A stretch of 45,174 nt of DNA, taken from assembly GCA_003990765.1 (NCBI GenBank), contig RBNJ01000064.1:1-45174 (forward strand), given 5' to 3'. Below are positions 22,801-36,099 of this stretch, piece by piece. The notes below the pieces were generated by a model that worked only from the letters and a program-made list of their open reading frames with translations, was not told where the DNA came from and ran no database searches. Position 1 is the first letter of the stretch. Each line of letters starts with the position of its first letter. The position numbers and the translations under genes were made by a program. Origin of the DNA: Jimgerdemannia flammicorona (lineage: Eukaryota).

Positions 22801-25135
22801 TGTGATTTCTGACTATGAGAAAAATCTCACCAGTGTAATCAGGGTCAATTACTCCTCCTTCAACTGAGATTTCGCTTTTGGCCAGACTGCTCCTGGTCTT
22901 GACTCCAATTCCAGTGTCAAGTAGAGTAGTGGTCTGTGGTTCAAGGATAGTGTCTTGGATGCTGGCAAGGTCCATTCCTATGGCTCCTTTAGTCTTATAT
23001 TCTGGGATCTTGGCTTCAGGGTGAAACTTCTTGACCTTGAGGGTAATGTCTAATTCTTGTTCCTCCTCATCATCACTGTCAGCTTGAAGCTCTGGGGGCT
23101 GGTCATCTTCTTCAGCTTTCCTTTTTGCTTTGGCAGCTTCTTGCTTATATTTCTGTTGGTGGATTTTCCTGACTTCGCTGATACAGGACCAGCAGTCATT
23201 CAGGTGTTCGGAGCAGTACATTCTAGTACTATGGGGGCATCTTACTTAAGGGGCATACCCGTCAATGATCTTGTTATACTACTGCTCATCTGTGAACTTG
23301 GGTGTCTTGTTCTTGTTCTTGTTCACTGAGTGCATGAAGACCTCTGTGTCTTCTTCATCTCCTTCCTTCATATCTGACAGGACTCCTTTGTGGACATTGA
23401 TAGAAACTCATACTTTTCTTCCTCTATAGTTGATCTGCATCTTCTGAGCATTGAGGTCAATGATGGCCTTGGCCTTGTGAAGCCATTGGTTGCCAATGAG
23501 GATGTCATAGTTGGTGGCACTTGTAACAATCACATCTACTGGGATGGTAGCTCCTCTTATCTTGATGGGGACTTCTCAGATTTTGCCAAGGGGGGTAGCT
23601 CATATACTGTCTGCTGTGACATAGACCATCTTGGTGGACTCTTCAATGTCTCAACCTAGGTAATCAATTGTCTTCTTGCTCATGAGGCATCCTCCAGCAC
23701 CAGTATCAATGATGGCATCAAAGATACAGTCTTCGATCTGGTAGGGGGTATAGGCTGATGTCTTGCACTGGTCTTTGGATTCTTCACCTGAGTTCTCAGA
23801 TTCTTCTTGTGCATTGTGAGCTTCTACAATCTTGTACTCTTGATTCTTGACAGTAGTTGTAAGTCCTACTCTCAACTGCTGTCTGAAGGCAGGGACTTCA
23901 GCTAGCTGCCCAAAAGTGGCATTGACCTTCTGTTCCTTGAGGTCCTTGTAGATATCATACTGATGGATCTTGGTCTTGTGCAGCTTCTGTTCCTTCTTGC
24001 TCTCACTTTCTCCTGAGACTGGAGTAGTGCCTTCGATAATTTGGCAGGCAGCCTCATCTAACTCCATGTCTTGATCAATCTCCTCGTATTGGGTCTTGCT
24101 TTGAATAGTGACAGCTGGAGTCTTTTTTGGTCTTCCAACTGGCTTGCTGTTGCTCTTCTTGTCATAGGGCTTGGACTGGGTTCTGGTACCTTCAGTAGTA
24201 GGGTAGAATTCGAGCTCCTCATAGTATTCTTCATCATCAGTGTCACCGATCTCCTCAATGACTACTGCATTAGTTTATTCTCTAGTTCTGCTAGCATTGC
24301 TTGGTTGGGCTTTGCATCTTATTTTGGTCATGCAACTCTTTGCATAGTGGCCTTCTTCTCTATATCTGAAGCATGTGATATTGCATTCTTCTGTAGCAGC
24401 TGCAAACCTCTGCACTGGTCTCCTGTTGGCACTTTGGACTTCTCTAACAACATTACCAAGGTGTGCAGTCATCTTGGTGAACTGCTTGGCAAGTTCTTCC
24501 ACTGGGTCAGCTTTGGCTGTCTTTGGGGTAGGTGGGGTTGGTTGTCTGTTTACAACTGTGGCAGGTAAGATACTAGTTGGCTTTGATGGCTCCATCTTTA
24601 TGTCAGTTATTTTATCCATTGAGTGTTTGGCAGGGTGTCTGGTAGTCCAATATCTCTGTGCAAAGACCACTTTCTGATCAAGGGTCAGTGCAGCTGAGGT
24701 AGACCAGATTGCTAGGGCAATTTCAGGGTGAACTCCTTTGAGGAAGGTTGAATCTGCTATTTGTTTCTTGAGGTGGTCATCATAGCCGGCCAAGACAATC
24801 TAGTGGTAAATTTGGATATAGAATGAGTTGAGATCTTCACTAAGTCCCTGGTAGATAGTATTGAGTTAATTCTTGAGAGCTTGCTTGATCTCTTCGGTAT
24901 AATATGTTGTTCTGAGGAAGGCCTTCATGTTGGCAAGTTTGGCTGCACCAGCATCAGCAATAGTGGCTGCATTGAACTTGTCTCTGGCAGATCCTCTGAG
25001 ACCGACTGATAGAAGGGCCAATTGAGCATCCACACCAAGGGCTCGTATGGCAGTGAATTGTTCAAAGTCTTCAATGAAGATCAGGATTGACTCTTTAGTA
25101 GTATATCCATAGAATATGAGGGGGCACATTTCCAT
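19896..25135 (-). pseudogene. gag-pol polyprotein: Gag with CCHC knuckle, aspartic protease, dUTPase, RT, RNase H, integrase
   Basis: TCFRYREEGHYAKSC; AIIDTGAGGC; SPWASPIVLV, RLCIDYRKLN, LDLFSGFHQI, MPFG, YVDD; LQTDVS..GLG, TDHSAL; GHLG...CDKCQ; KLEPKW...VHRNRLK. Fragments starting at 25135, 24793, 24067 and 23221 share one frame; a frameshift lies near 21270. Confidence 0.95.
22664..23041 (-). CDS. dut: Trimeric dUTPase domain within pol
   Basis: All five motifs in order: AIGMDL, RSSLA, GGVIDPDYTGEI, DRIGQM, RGEQGFGST. Confidence 0.95.
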
Positions 25136-25234
25136 CTTGTCTTAAATTCTTGCAGGGGTGACTCTTGTAGTCAGGGTAGTTGTTGTGGGAGTTGTTCATT
25201 TTTCAGCTTGAAAGTGAGGGATTCGTCTTGAATC

Positions 25235-25252
25235 ACCAGCCAAAGGGCACCA
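25235..25252 (-). other. Primer-binding site
   Basis: Element strand reads TGGTGCCCTTTGGCTGGT, 3 nt inside the 5' LTR; cognate tRNA not identified. Confidence 0.8.
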
Positions 25253-25255
25253 AGT

Positions 25256-26711
25256 TGTCATGTAGTGGTCGCTGAGTCCTTCAAATATGCCAGATTCTCT
25301 TCAAAGTATATCTCTTAGACTAACTCAAGTTGTTATAAGCAAGTTCTTATTTGAGTGCCTTCCTAAGGTCTTATAGTCCTCAAACTTCTTATCTTTAACT
25401 GTCTTGTTATCTCTTAGATTGCTTGCAAGGAAGTGTGTATAAGTGAAACCAGAACTGACTTTATTTCTAAGGAAATAAGAGAGGTATTTATACAAAATAT
25501 AATTCAATGGTTGCTAAGATATAAAGCTAAATATAAATTCTAATAACTAAAACTACTAAGTTCCAGAGCTGGCATTATTTAGTGTCACATCAAAATACTG
25601 GTGCTGGAACAATTTCACCTCACCTCAGAATGCCGGTGCTGGCATTATCCAGTATTACAAAGAACTTAGAGTAGAAAGTTCAGGATTATGGGGGCTTCAT
25701 CATCATCATCACTGAAGGAGATGAGATCTGTAAATTCATCATTTTCATGTGCTTCGATGTTATGCAGGATGACGTCATCGATGATGTCATCATGTTCAGC
25801 TGTGGCGGGGAAATTGGGGACAAGGTCTGGAGCTCTCCAGTCTATGAGGTTCTCTTCCACAAAATAAAGAACAAATGTGGGGTCTTGGGGAGATCTAATC
25901 TGGATGCTTGGGCCTTAGAATACTGAGATCAATCCTTGCAGAAATTGATCTGGGTCATCCTGAAGGATAGGGTACCAGAAGTCTTCTACTTCTTCGCTGT
26001 TGAGGGTGATAGTGGACTAGGCTTCTGTAGCCACTCTGGCTTCTAGTGCATTGATACAGTGGGATGATAGGTCTCTGAAATCTGAGACTCTAACATACTC
26101 CAAGTTGGGGATTGACCACAATGCATACCTGAAGATCTAATAGATCTTCCTAGCTGTCCTTGTTTCGCATATATCCATAGGAGTGGCATCTTGTAGCTCT
26201 TGGGTACTGGCCTGGGGGAACTCCTGGCAGAGGAGGTTTCCTATTTCATACTCCTGCCACATTTGGAGGCATTCGGTAGCAATGGTGATTCTTGTTTCCA
26301 TTTCGTAGAAGTAGAGGATAAAGTGATAAGGGTCTGCAGTACCCAGGTTGATGCTAGGAGTCCTTCTTGAGCGGGTCCTCATGGCTCTTCTGATGTCTTG
26401 GAACATCCTTTCCTCAACTGAGATACCTTGGTGATTCCTTGACCTTGAGGTTTGGTGGGCAGTAGGCATTTTGTTTGTAGTAAGTCTTTAAGCTATTTTG
26501 GGATTGGTGATTCTTGTTAGTTGCTGCTACTGCAGTTCCTTGATCCTTCTTTTATATTCTTCAGGATGCTCATGCTGTGGTCACAATGACTCACAGTTGG
26601 TCATCATTGCTCATCTCATATGTCATATGATCTTCTTGTGCTCTGATCTGATGGCCTATAAGGAAAGACTGTCTCCTGTGCTGATGTCATCATTCTGTGA
26701 TCACTATTACA
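25256..26711 (-). repeat. 5' LTR (1456 bp) containing the LTR ORF (26469-25666)
   Basis: Direct repeat of 18127-19582; ORF pieces 26137-26469 and 25666-25860 are in frame. Confidence 0.97.
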
Positions 26712-27330
26712 GTATATAGAAAATTTGGCAGATTTCCTTATCAGAAAAATAGTGGCTTTTCCTTAAGCAGCAGGTTACTTAGTAATATTCTTCAGGTTTA
26801 GTCTGATAAGTATATCAAAATATAACAGATTTCTTAAGTTCTTTAAGCTTATTTAGTAACTAGACCAAAATATGATAGACTTCTTTATGTCAAAAAGTAG
26901 ACTAGAGTAAAAAAAAAATAAAGCTCACAATTTTCTAAAAGTGGCTTTAGAGTAAGTATTTCTTTTAAATATTATAATTCTTTCTAAATCAAGTAGCTCT
27001 TAGTAGACATATATCTCTTAAAGTATAATAAACAGACTTGTCTTTTACTTTTCTTGACTTTTCAGACTGAGGTTTATTTACTCCTATCTCTGGAACATTT
27101 TATATAATTATAATTACTATCTGATTGCCATATAACTAACTTAAAAATATACAGTAATGCTATTTTGAGAAGAGAGTAATCAGGTGTATCTATTGGATAC
27201 AGATATATCCTTAGAACATAGATAAATAAATCTGATTTAGTATCTTATTATTATAAGTAGTAATATATTAATAACTAGGTATAGATAACTATACTATACT
27301 GAGTATTATATTATCTAACTATACTATATT
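26712..27330 (-). mobile_element. Ty1/Copia remnant (post-protease and pre-integrase region); right part of the copy split by the Gypsy
   Basis: Reverse complement gives NVPEIGVN-type post-protease text and a degraded pre-integrase segment that joins the integrase left of 18127. Confidence 0.55.
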
Positions 27331-28880
27331 ATTTACTTATCACATCAGTCTCCACTAAAGAGTAGTCTGTTCTCAGACTTTTCTTTAGTCATTATTATAG
27401 TATCTATAGACATCTTTAGTATCTATATCTGCTATTGAGAATTACCAGATTTAGTACTGGTCAAGTCTCAATCTTACAATAAGAACTAGTACCAACTATC
27501 ATCCAGACTATAGAAAGATATATCAGTATATATCTGTATAGAGATATTAGAAGATAGAAGATAAAAATCCTCATTGATATAGAAGTAGATATCTGTATTA
27601 TTATTAAATAATTTCAAAATACCCTCTAGTGATCTATTGATAGACTATTTAATCTGAGTATCATAATAGTAGATAGAGCTCAAACCCAACCCCTTAGAGA
27701 AGTATAAAATATTATGATCTCTCTGAGACACATCTAGTTCTCTATTTCAAAAGCTATTATTACTAAAGCTATTATATATATTATGATCCTTGGTATCAAT
27801 TAGATGAAGAAAATGAATGAAGTTATTGATATTCCAACAGATACTCAAATTTGACTATAGAGAAAAGAAGTATAAAATCAAAATAACTAGCTATATATAA
27901 GTAATTGAAGAAGAAGAAGATTACTATCCAGAAAGAGTATACCAGTAGTAAAGAATCTATTATAGAGAAAGAAGAAGCATATGAAGATAGAAATGATCTC
28001 AGACTTAACCCATAAATCAACCTAGTATATAATAGACCAGAAGACAATATATGGGTCAAAGATACTATCTCTATTATAATTACAGCTCTTGTAGAATAAG
28101 CCAGAGAATACTCCATCTATCTTAAAAGATATAAGTATCTTGAATATTTCTCTAAGATTATTAAAATAAGGAATTTATCTAGTATAGTCTACTCTGAGTA
28201 TAGAAAATGAAAAAAGAAATACAACTACTCTTTAAAGATATCTATAACTAAAGCTGCTAAAGTATAAGTAATCTGGGGTCAAGAAGTATCTAATAAAGAA
28301 ATTCCTAAAAATAATACCCCCAAACAGAAGAAACTCTCTGAGCTTATTTCTTGGAATAACTCTCACTAGATACAATCTGAAGATAATGCTCTCTAGAATA
28401 CTAAAGAAGGACTAAGTATAGTTGCTATTGTCTTAAAATGAGAAATATACCAGAAAAATAGGAATATACTAGTATTAAAAGGTCTTTTGCTCTCTCTGAG
28501 ACTACTACTAGTAGTACTACTTATTATATCAGTAAGAAAGATAGAGACACTGTATATCAGGATCTCTAATCATAATTACATAGATAACTATCTTTTAAAA
28601 GACTACTATAATGTTAAAAAGATAATTCAATATATAAAGTCACTTCATCTGAACAGCTTAGTAACCCTTTCTCTAACTTATGATAAGGATGGATACTAAT
28701 TCTTAAGGCAGTAAGAAGTCAATAACCAAGAGCTATATTTTTGAGCAATGGAATATTATAATTATAGGAAATACTCAGACTACCAAGATTGTCTATATTA
28801 GAAGATTTATCTTAGCCAAGATATTACTATATATATACTTAAAAAAAGAGATGACAGAGCTCAAATCTTGTTGAAATATC
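27330..28880 (+). mobile_element. Highly degenerate Ty3/Gypsy protease-region fragment
   Basis: About 27560-27830 translates to ILIDIEVDICII...IDR.FNLSIIIVD..QPLREV...MILGIN*MKK, a transition-eroded version of IDTGAG...ILG.xW as in the protease at about 23430-23730; acidic linker follows. Confidence 0.6.
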
Positions 28881-30900
28881 TTAATTATATAGCAACTTGA
28901 TATAGTAGTATAGCTTAACTATATTATTATATAAATGTCATCAATGATAATATATAAAAATATATAAGCTAGTATTAATAAATAATACTTCTCTTCTCTC
29001 TATCTATTTTTTCTCTAAGTATTCTACAATAAAAGATTATGAGCCCCAACTTCTTCAGCTATATACCTCTCTAATATATACTATACTATATTATATAATA
29101 TCAACTAATACGTGACAAAAATATATCAGTTCTAAGTAGTATAAGTAGAATAGAACTTAGAATAAATACTAGTAATATTAGCATATCTATTATGATAGCC
29201 ACAACTATGATCATTCCTGCAGCAGTACTAACAATAATGGTAAAGAGGATAATTCCTATTTTTGATAGTAGGAACTATACTATATGAATATATTATATAA
29301 AAAATCTCTTAGAAGAATATAGTCTGGAGGACTATTGGAATCCACAGATATAAATAATAATATACAATATTGCAAAGAATTACAAAGTACTAAGGGAGAT
29401 TATATTCACTCTTTTAAATATATAAATAAAGCTTAAGAGATCTTATGCAATTACTATCAATAGGCATCTATATCAAACAGATTCTATGTATCTGAAAGTA
29501 TAACTGTTTAATCTCTAAATGAAGTTTAAAGAGAGTATCTGAGACTATACTGATCAAGTCAACAAGCTAGCAAATTAAGTGAACTCTCTTATATCTATAT
29601 CAGTAGATACTATCAAGAATAAAGACAAGGTTCTGGTCCTTATATGAGATCTTTCTAAGATATATAATATTATTATTACTATAGTTAGAGAATCTAGTAA
29701 GCTATCAGACCATAAATACATCATTATAAGACTTTTAAATTAGAAATTAAGACTGAGTAATAATAATAATAAAGATGATGAGAAAGCATTCTATAGAGTA
29801 TATAAATGAGGTAAAGGTAACAATAATAACAAATAGAAGTAAGACAAAGAATGAGATCAAAGTCAGTAATATAAGAAATTTAATTAAATACTTTTACTAT
29901 AATAAGGTTAGATATTATGAGCAAGACTACAATAATTAGAAGAAGAAAAAGGATAGTTAAGAATAATAGCAGATAAATATAGTAGAGGTCTATTCTTTAT
30001 AAAGGTAATAATCTATCTATATATAGAGGTAGATATAAAAGTGAATTTAAGAAATATTTTTACATTAATGAAAAATACTTCAACCACTAGTTCTACTAAT
30101 ACTAGTTACAAATGCAGTTCTACTAGTTATACCAGATCTACTAGTTTGGGTACTAATTTGATATCTATAAATTCTGATCAGCAAAATATTTTTCAGATAG
30201 TAAAAAATAGTAATATCAATACCAACAGTATCAGTACCAATATAAGCTATATGTCAAACACTTATATATTAATGAAGAAGTCCAGCTTATAGATTCTGAT
30301 GCAATATAGTATATGATAGTATACTATAAGTGGTTCTTTATATATAAGAAGTTTGAGTATCTCATATCTATTAAACTGAGTAATAATAATATCATACATC
30401 TAAGGCAAAGGAAATATCATTATATACCTATATAGGAATATTGACAAACCTTCAGACACCTTTATAGATATACTATATACATATACTAAATATAAATAAG
30501 AACCTCTTCTCAATAGACCAGATAATAGCTTGAGAAGATAGAAGAGTAAATATATATCTGAATAATATAATAATAATCAGTCTAAAGAATAATAAAAAGT
30601 TAATATATATATTAAAAAAGGGGAACCTATACACAATTAATAATATACCAAGTAGTATATTATCTACATATTCCATAACTATAAATAGAGAAGATCTCTA
30701 ATATATATAGTATAAATATTTTAAATATATTAGTAAGATAAGTCTGAAACAGATGATAAGGAGTAAATCTATATATAGATTATCAGACTATATATATATA
30801 TTACTGAATTTCAGCTTTCATAATGAATATATAATAAATAAGACTTCTTAGTGACTTTTTTAGAAATAGATGAAGCAAATGACTGATATTCGTAATCTGA
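28880..30900 (+). mobile_element. Ty1/Copia 5' half (LTR end, PBS, gag, protease, pre-integrase), degenerate
   Basis: PBS GATTATGAGCCC at about 29035 (GGTTATGAGCCC type); IFDSRNYTI*..KNLLEEYSL; eroded CCHC knuckle at about 29890; IDSDAI*YM at about 30290. Confidence 0.8.
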
Positions 30901-30920
30901 TATATATTAATATTTCAAAT

Positions 30921-33900
30921 TATTATAAAAGAGGCATTTTATTGAAGTTCTTGAAGTTGTATATTTCATATATTATTGATAAATAATATTTATCTGATGA
31001 AATAACATAAGGTCATATGCTGATATATTGAGTTACCATCTCAATACTTTAACTCAATGAGATATATAACCCAAAAAGAGAATATAAACTAGAGTAAACA
31101 AAAAAGGAGGAGAGAGAGAGAGAGAAAGATAGAGATATTAAATAGTATGTATGAGCAAAACTAAGTATGACCAATGGAGTACTATCTAGATAATCAAAAA
31201 AGATCAAAATTTCCTGCTTATAACTATAAAATAGATAAGAAATATAGTAGAAGACTAGTAATATTTGCAGAAATGTAAGCAATATGATAAATATATATAA
31301 CATCTATAAGAATATAGATATATATATATAGGATATAATGGAGGGCTTTTTAAAGTCTGAAAAGTATCTTGTGATTAAGTAAATACTGGCATAAGACCTA
31401 TTCCTTTATAATATAGCTCAAACTTCAGCTTTGGAAGAGCTTTCATAAGTGAATCAGCAATCATATACTCTATGGAGATGTATTCTAGATATATAGTGCT
31501 ATTTTCTATATATTCTTATATGAAATAATCTTAAATATCAATATGCTTTATTCTATTATAATGTATCAGATTTCTGGCCAATACAATCATAGACTGATTA
31601 TCCTGGTATAGTATAGTACATTTTTAAACAAATCCAAGTTCTTTCAATAGTTTATAAAGCCAAATAGTTTCCTTTATTGCTAAAGATAATGCCTGATACT
31701 CAGCTTATATAGATGAGATTGCAATGGAGGATTGCTTACATATTTGCCACAAGATAATGGATCCTTTATTGCCAATATAGAAGAGATATCTAGTTATATA
31801 TTGATGGTCATCTAAGTCTCCAGCTCAATCAGTATCATATGTATCAGATAGCTAGATGTTATTGCTCTTTCCATTACTCTTACTTAATCCAATATCTCCT
31901 TTACTACCCAATGTGAGTATATAGTATACTATACTCTTAAGATATCTGAAAATCCTTTTAATAGTACTCTAATGTAAATTCTCATAGCAGAAGGAGTACT
32001 GTGCTACCTTATTCATAGTGTATGATATATTGGGTCTTGTTTTAAATATAAGATATATAAGAGAGCCAACTGCTTGCTGATGTAGAATATTGGCACTATT
32101 CATAGTAGACATATTATTATCATTTATGAGAGTAGTATCTGGCTTTCTTAATTTTACAGAAGTATCTATAGAGTGCTGACTGGCTTACATTCACTCATAT
32201 TGAAGTATTTGAGGATTGTTTTAATGTAAGTTCTTGTGAGAGGTATATAGTATATGTATTCTTATTATATATAATAGATATCTCCAAAAGAAAGAATATA
32301 TTACTCATATCAGTCATCTTGAATTCTTGATATAGAGTTTTCTTTACTTCATTAAGTCTATTCTTACTAGTTATAATAATGATATCATTAATCTATATAC
32401 TAATAAATACTATGCCATTGTTATAATACTAGATATATATATAATTGTCTGCTTTGCAATACTTGAACTCATTGTTAAGGAGATGTTTATCAATCCTTTT
32501 ATTCCATAGATATGTTACTTACTTAATATTATATAATCCTTTATATAGTTTATATATAAGCTTACCATTCTGGTCATCATATAGTTTATATTCTTATGGT
32601 TGATAAATATATAGTTCAGTGTCTATATCACTATTCAGAAAAGCTGTCTTTACATCTATCTGATAGATCTCTAGATCATATAGTATACTGATTATAAGGA
32701 GTATTCTAAGTGAAGTAAGCTTAAATACTGGTAAAAATATCTCATCATAGTCTATACTATAATCTTGTGAATAACTCTTAGCAATAAAATGAGCTTTATA
32801 CTACTCTATATTTCCTTTAGCATTATGCTTTATTTTATACATCCATCTTGATCTAATTGCTTGATAATTTGATAGAAGAAGTACTAGATCCTATGTTCTA
32901 TTCTGGATAAGCAAATCATATTCTTCATCTATGACTTATTTCCATTTCTTGCTATCAGAATTGATTACAGCTTCATCATATATATTTGGCTCACTAGAAG
33001 ATATTATGATATATACACATTCATATGCTTCAGTATAGCTCACACAGTCCTTATATTACTATTGAAAGCTTATTGATATATCTCAATAATTTTCCAATTC
33101 TGAATAAGTTTCTTAGTAAATGTTGAAGTACTTTTGCTTTTATTTACTCTTTGTAGAAGACTCTTTATTATTAGAGAATTTGTTATTATCTTTATCTTTG
33201 ATCTCTATTATTCTAGACTCAGGCTCAGATATATATAATAGTTGAAAATAATTTTAATTGACTACTGGAGAGGTGGATGATAGTTGTACTGATTGCTATA
33301 TTTATACTGACTGGAATGTAGATGTAGATGTAGAGGTCTCAACTGATACTTCTATATAGATTTCCAAGTCTTTTTCTCTAAACTGTATATTATAAGAGAT
33401 GACTATATACTACTTATATAGATCCTATAGTTAGTATGCTTTACCAGAATATTTAAGAAATATATACTTACTTACCTTGGGTTCAAATTTATCCTGAGTA
33501 GCATTGCTTTTATCAAGGATATATATATCAGATCTGAATATATGTATATGAGATACATCTGGCTTGGATCCACTTCATAATTCTTCAGAAATAAGATTAT
33601 TTTCCTTAAAATGCTTATTATTGCCAGAATTCTTACTTAGCAATTGAGATATATATCAGTTATAGATATACATCATAGTATTTATAGCTTCAGTCTAATA
33701 AGAATATAATAGTCTGGTAGCATTGATCATTATATATATCATTTCTCCAGCTATATAGTTAAATCACTCAGTCATACTATTCTACTGAGATATATAGAGA
33801 GCTGTCATTTGATGGATTATGTTATATTTTATCAGAAACTGCTTGAATATATAGTTGACATATTCACATCTATTATCTGATTATATAGTATATATTCTAT

Positions 33901-36099
33901 ATCTTGTCTTATTCTTGGCAATTACTTTAAATTCTTTAAATTTATCCAAGACTTTACTCTTTACTAATAGAAGATATACATATACTTTATGTATATAATC
34001 ATCAATGAATATGAGAAAATATCTCTTGCTAGAATGTGATAGTATATATATCAGCCTGTATATATCTGTATACATGAGGTTGAGGCTCCTGGATATATAC
34101 TTTAATCATTCTTTAAATGGTCACTAGGATGTTTTCTTTACTATAAAATCTTTACAGAAACTGTCATATAGATATGTTGCCAGTAATCCTCTGATAGATC
34201 TACTTCTTATCATCTGTTCAAGGCTTTTTTTATCAATATATCCTAAGCATTAATACTATGTATTAGATATATCAGATATAGTTGTTATATATGTAAAGAC
34301 TTTTGCACTTCTCAGTATACTATTGATTATATAAAGATTGCCACATTTCAAAGCTATTATTAATCTCTTGTTATTATACAAATTATACACTATTGTGTCC
34401 TTTGAATGTATGTATATTACTTTGTTGCCATGGATCATTATTTTGTTTATAGAGAAGAGATTCTTTCCTATCTCTGAAGTATACAGCATATCTACAAAAG
34501 TAGCAGTAGGCTTGATGATATTTCCATGAAGATATATACTGATATTTCCCTTTTCTTGAGTATAGATGATATTATTATCTCCCAACTTGATGGGTACAGA
34601 ATGTTCAAACAGTTGATATATAGAGAACTATTCTTTGTGTGGTATCATGTATTTGTATAGCTCTGAAATCCATTAACCAGATATATATCATTGTCATTAG
34701 CTATATTTACTATGTATTCAGTAGATATATAGTTGGTGGTTTTTCTATCTATACTACTAGTGGTACTGATATCATTATCACTTTTTGTCAGTCTAAAAGT
34801 ATTTTATTGACTAGTATTTATAAATAATGAGTTGGTAGATTTGGCAGTCAAACTGCTTATAGATATCAATTCCATGCTTGCAGAGCTGGTGGAACTAGTG
34901 CTAGCAGTAGATTTGGCAGAGTTTTTTAATTCAAAATTGTCATCCTTACCAGACTTTGTAGATGTAGAGGGACTGGTAGCTTGCACAAAAAATAGATTAC
35001 TACTTTCATCAGTTTCAGCAGTATTTATATTACCATATTTCTCTGAATAGTTTCCACCACTTTCACATTACTAATGCTGGCTTTTTCTATACTTATTTTC
35101 ATTTTCCCAGTGATAGCATTGGTGTTTTCTATATCTAAACTTGCTACAGTATTTATAGTACCTATAATACTTAGCTAATTGACTAGACTGATAGTTGTAT
35201 TATTGAGCTTGGGTTTGGATTCATTAGTCTTATTAGCCATATCTTTGACCTCATTTGATACTGCACCTATAGAACCTATAGAATGCCCTTTTATTATCAT
35301 TATCTTCAGTACTATTTCCTTGGCATATTTTCTCATTCATAAGGCTTGTTATTATATAGACATAATCTGTGAGAGTACTGCTCTTATATATGGCTGTGAT
35401 GACAATATTATATGCATCTGGAAGTTCCCTTATGAGTGCTTTAACCTTATGATCATCAATGTGACTGATATATTTGTAGATACTCTCCTTGGGCTTTATT
35501 TGAAAATTGAATGGCTGAGATTTCGGATAGAATCTATTTAATATAGATGCTTATATATAATGATTACATAGAGCTTCCTATGCCTTGTTGGCCATATTTA
35601 CATATATTATAAGCTTTTTTTGTGAGTTTGATAATATAAATATAATCTTATGTAATACTTGGCAATTTTTTGAAGATTGTAGTCTTGAATCTATACTTAT
35701 GGCTTTATATACTCTACCAGGCTACATTCATTAAGGAGATTCATCATATGGAACATCCAGATAGTATAATCTTTCTCATTAAAGATTGAGAGAGACCTCT
35801 TGGCTGTATTTATACTTATGATAGAGACTGCTCACATTGCCAGAATACTCATAGTTGGTATATCTATATTACTTATATTGCTAGATTAATTGTCTAATAT
35901 TTCTAGTATATATTTATAAGGTATATATATATATATTACTATATCTACTTAGTACTAGCAGGGCTCATAACCTTTGTTAGAAAGAGGGACATTTTTATTG
36001 AGTTTATATAGGACACATATTTCACATATTACTAATAGATAACATAAGACTGATAAAATCACCAATCATATATTGATATATCAAGTTGCCATTCCAATA
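30921..36099 (-). mobile_element. Near full-length Ty1/Copia element, degenerate, with LTRs of about 125 bp (30921-31046, 35975-36099)
   Basis: PBS GGTTATGAGCCC at 35961-35972; IFNEKDYTIW gag; WLMD protease at about 34670; YFLIFIDDY integrase (ORF 33881-34075); RT; RNase H DNQS..KHIDI..MIADSLMKALP ending at about 31376. Confidence 0.92.

Larger units (their letters stand above)
18127..26711 (-). mobile_element. Full-length Ty3/Gypsy LTR retrotransposon with dUTPase and ORF-containing 1456-bp LTRs
   Basis: Two direct repeats with TG...CA termini, 4-bp TSD GTAT (18123-18126, 26712-26715), PBS, PPT, and domain order gag-PR-dUTPase-RT-RH-IN. Confidence 0.97.

Noticed and set aside
22349-24677. 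Plus-strand hydrophobic ORFs suggesting an env-like or membrane gene
   Set aside because: They overlap gag-pol antisense; the hydrophobicity follows from Lys/Glu-rich sense codons.
25215-25255. tRNA gene ending in CCA
   Set aside because: Only the short PBS complement is present; no cloverleaf.
28440-28700. Possible dUTPase remnant after the second Gypsy protease (LYIRISNH)
   Set aside because: No catalytic motif is recoverable; too degraded to call.
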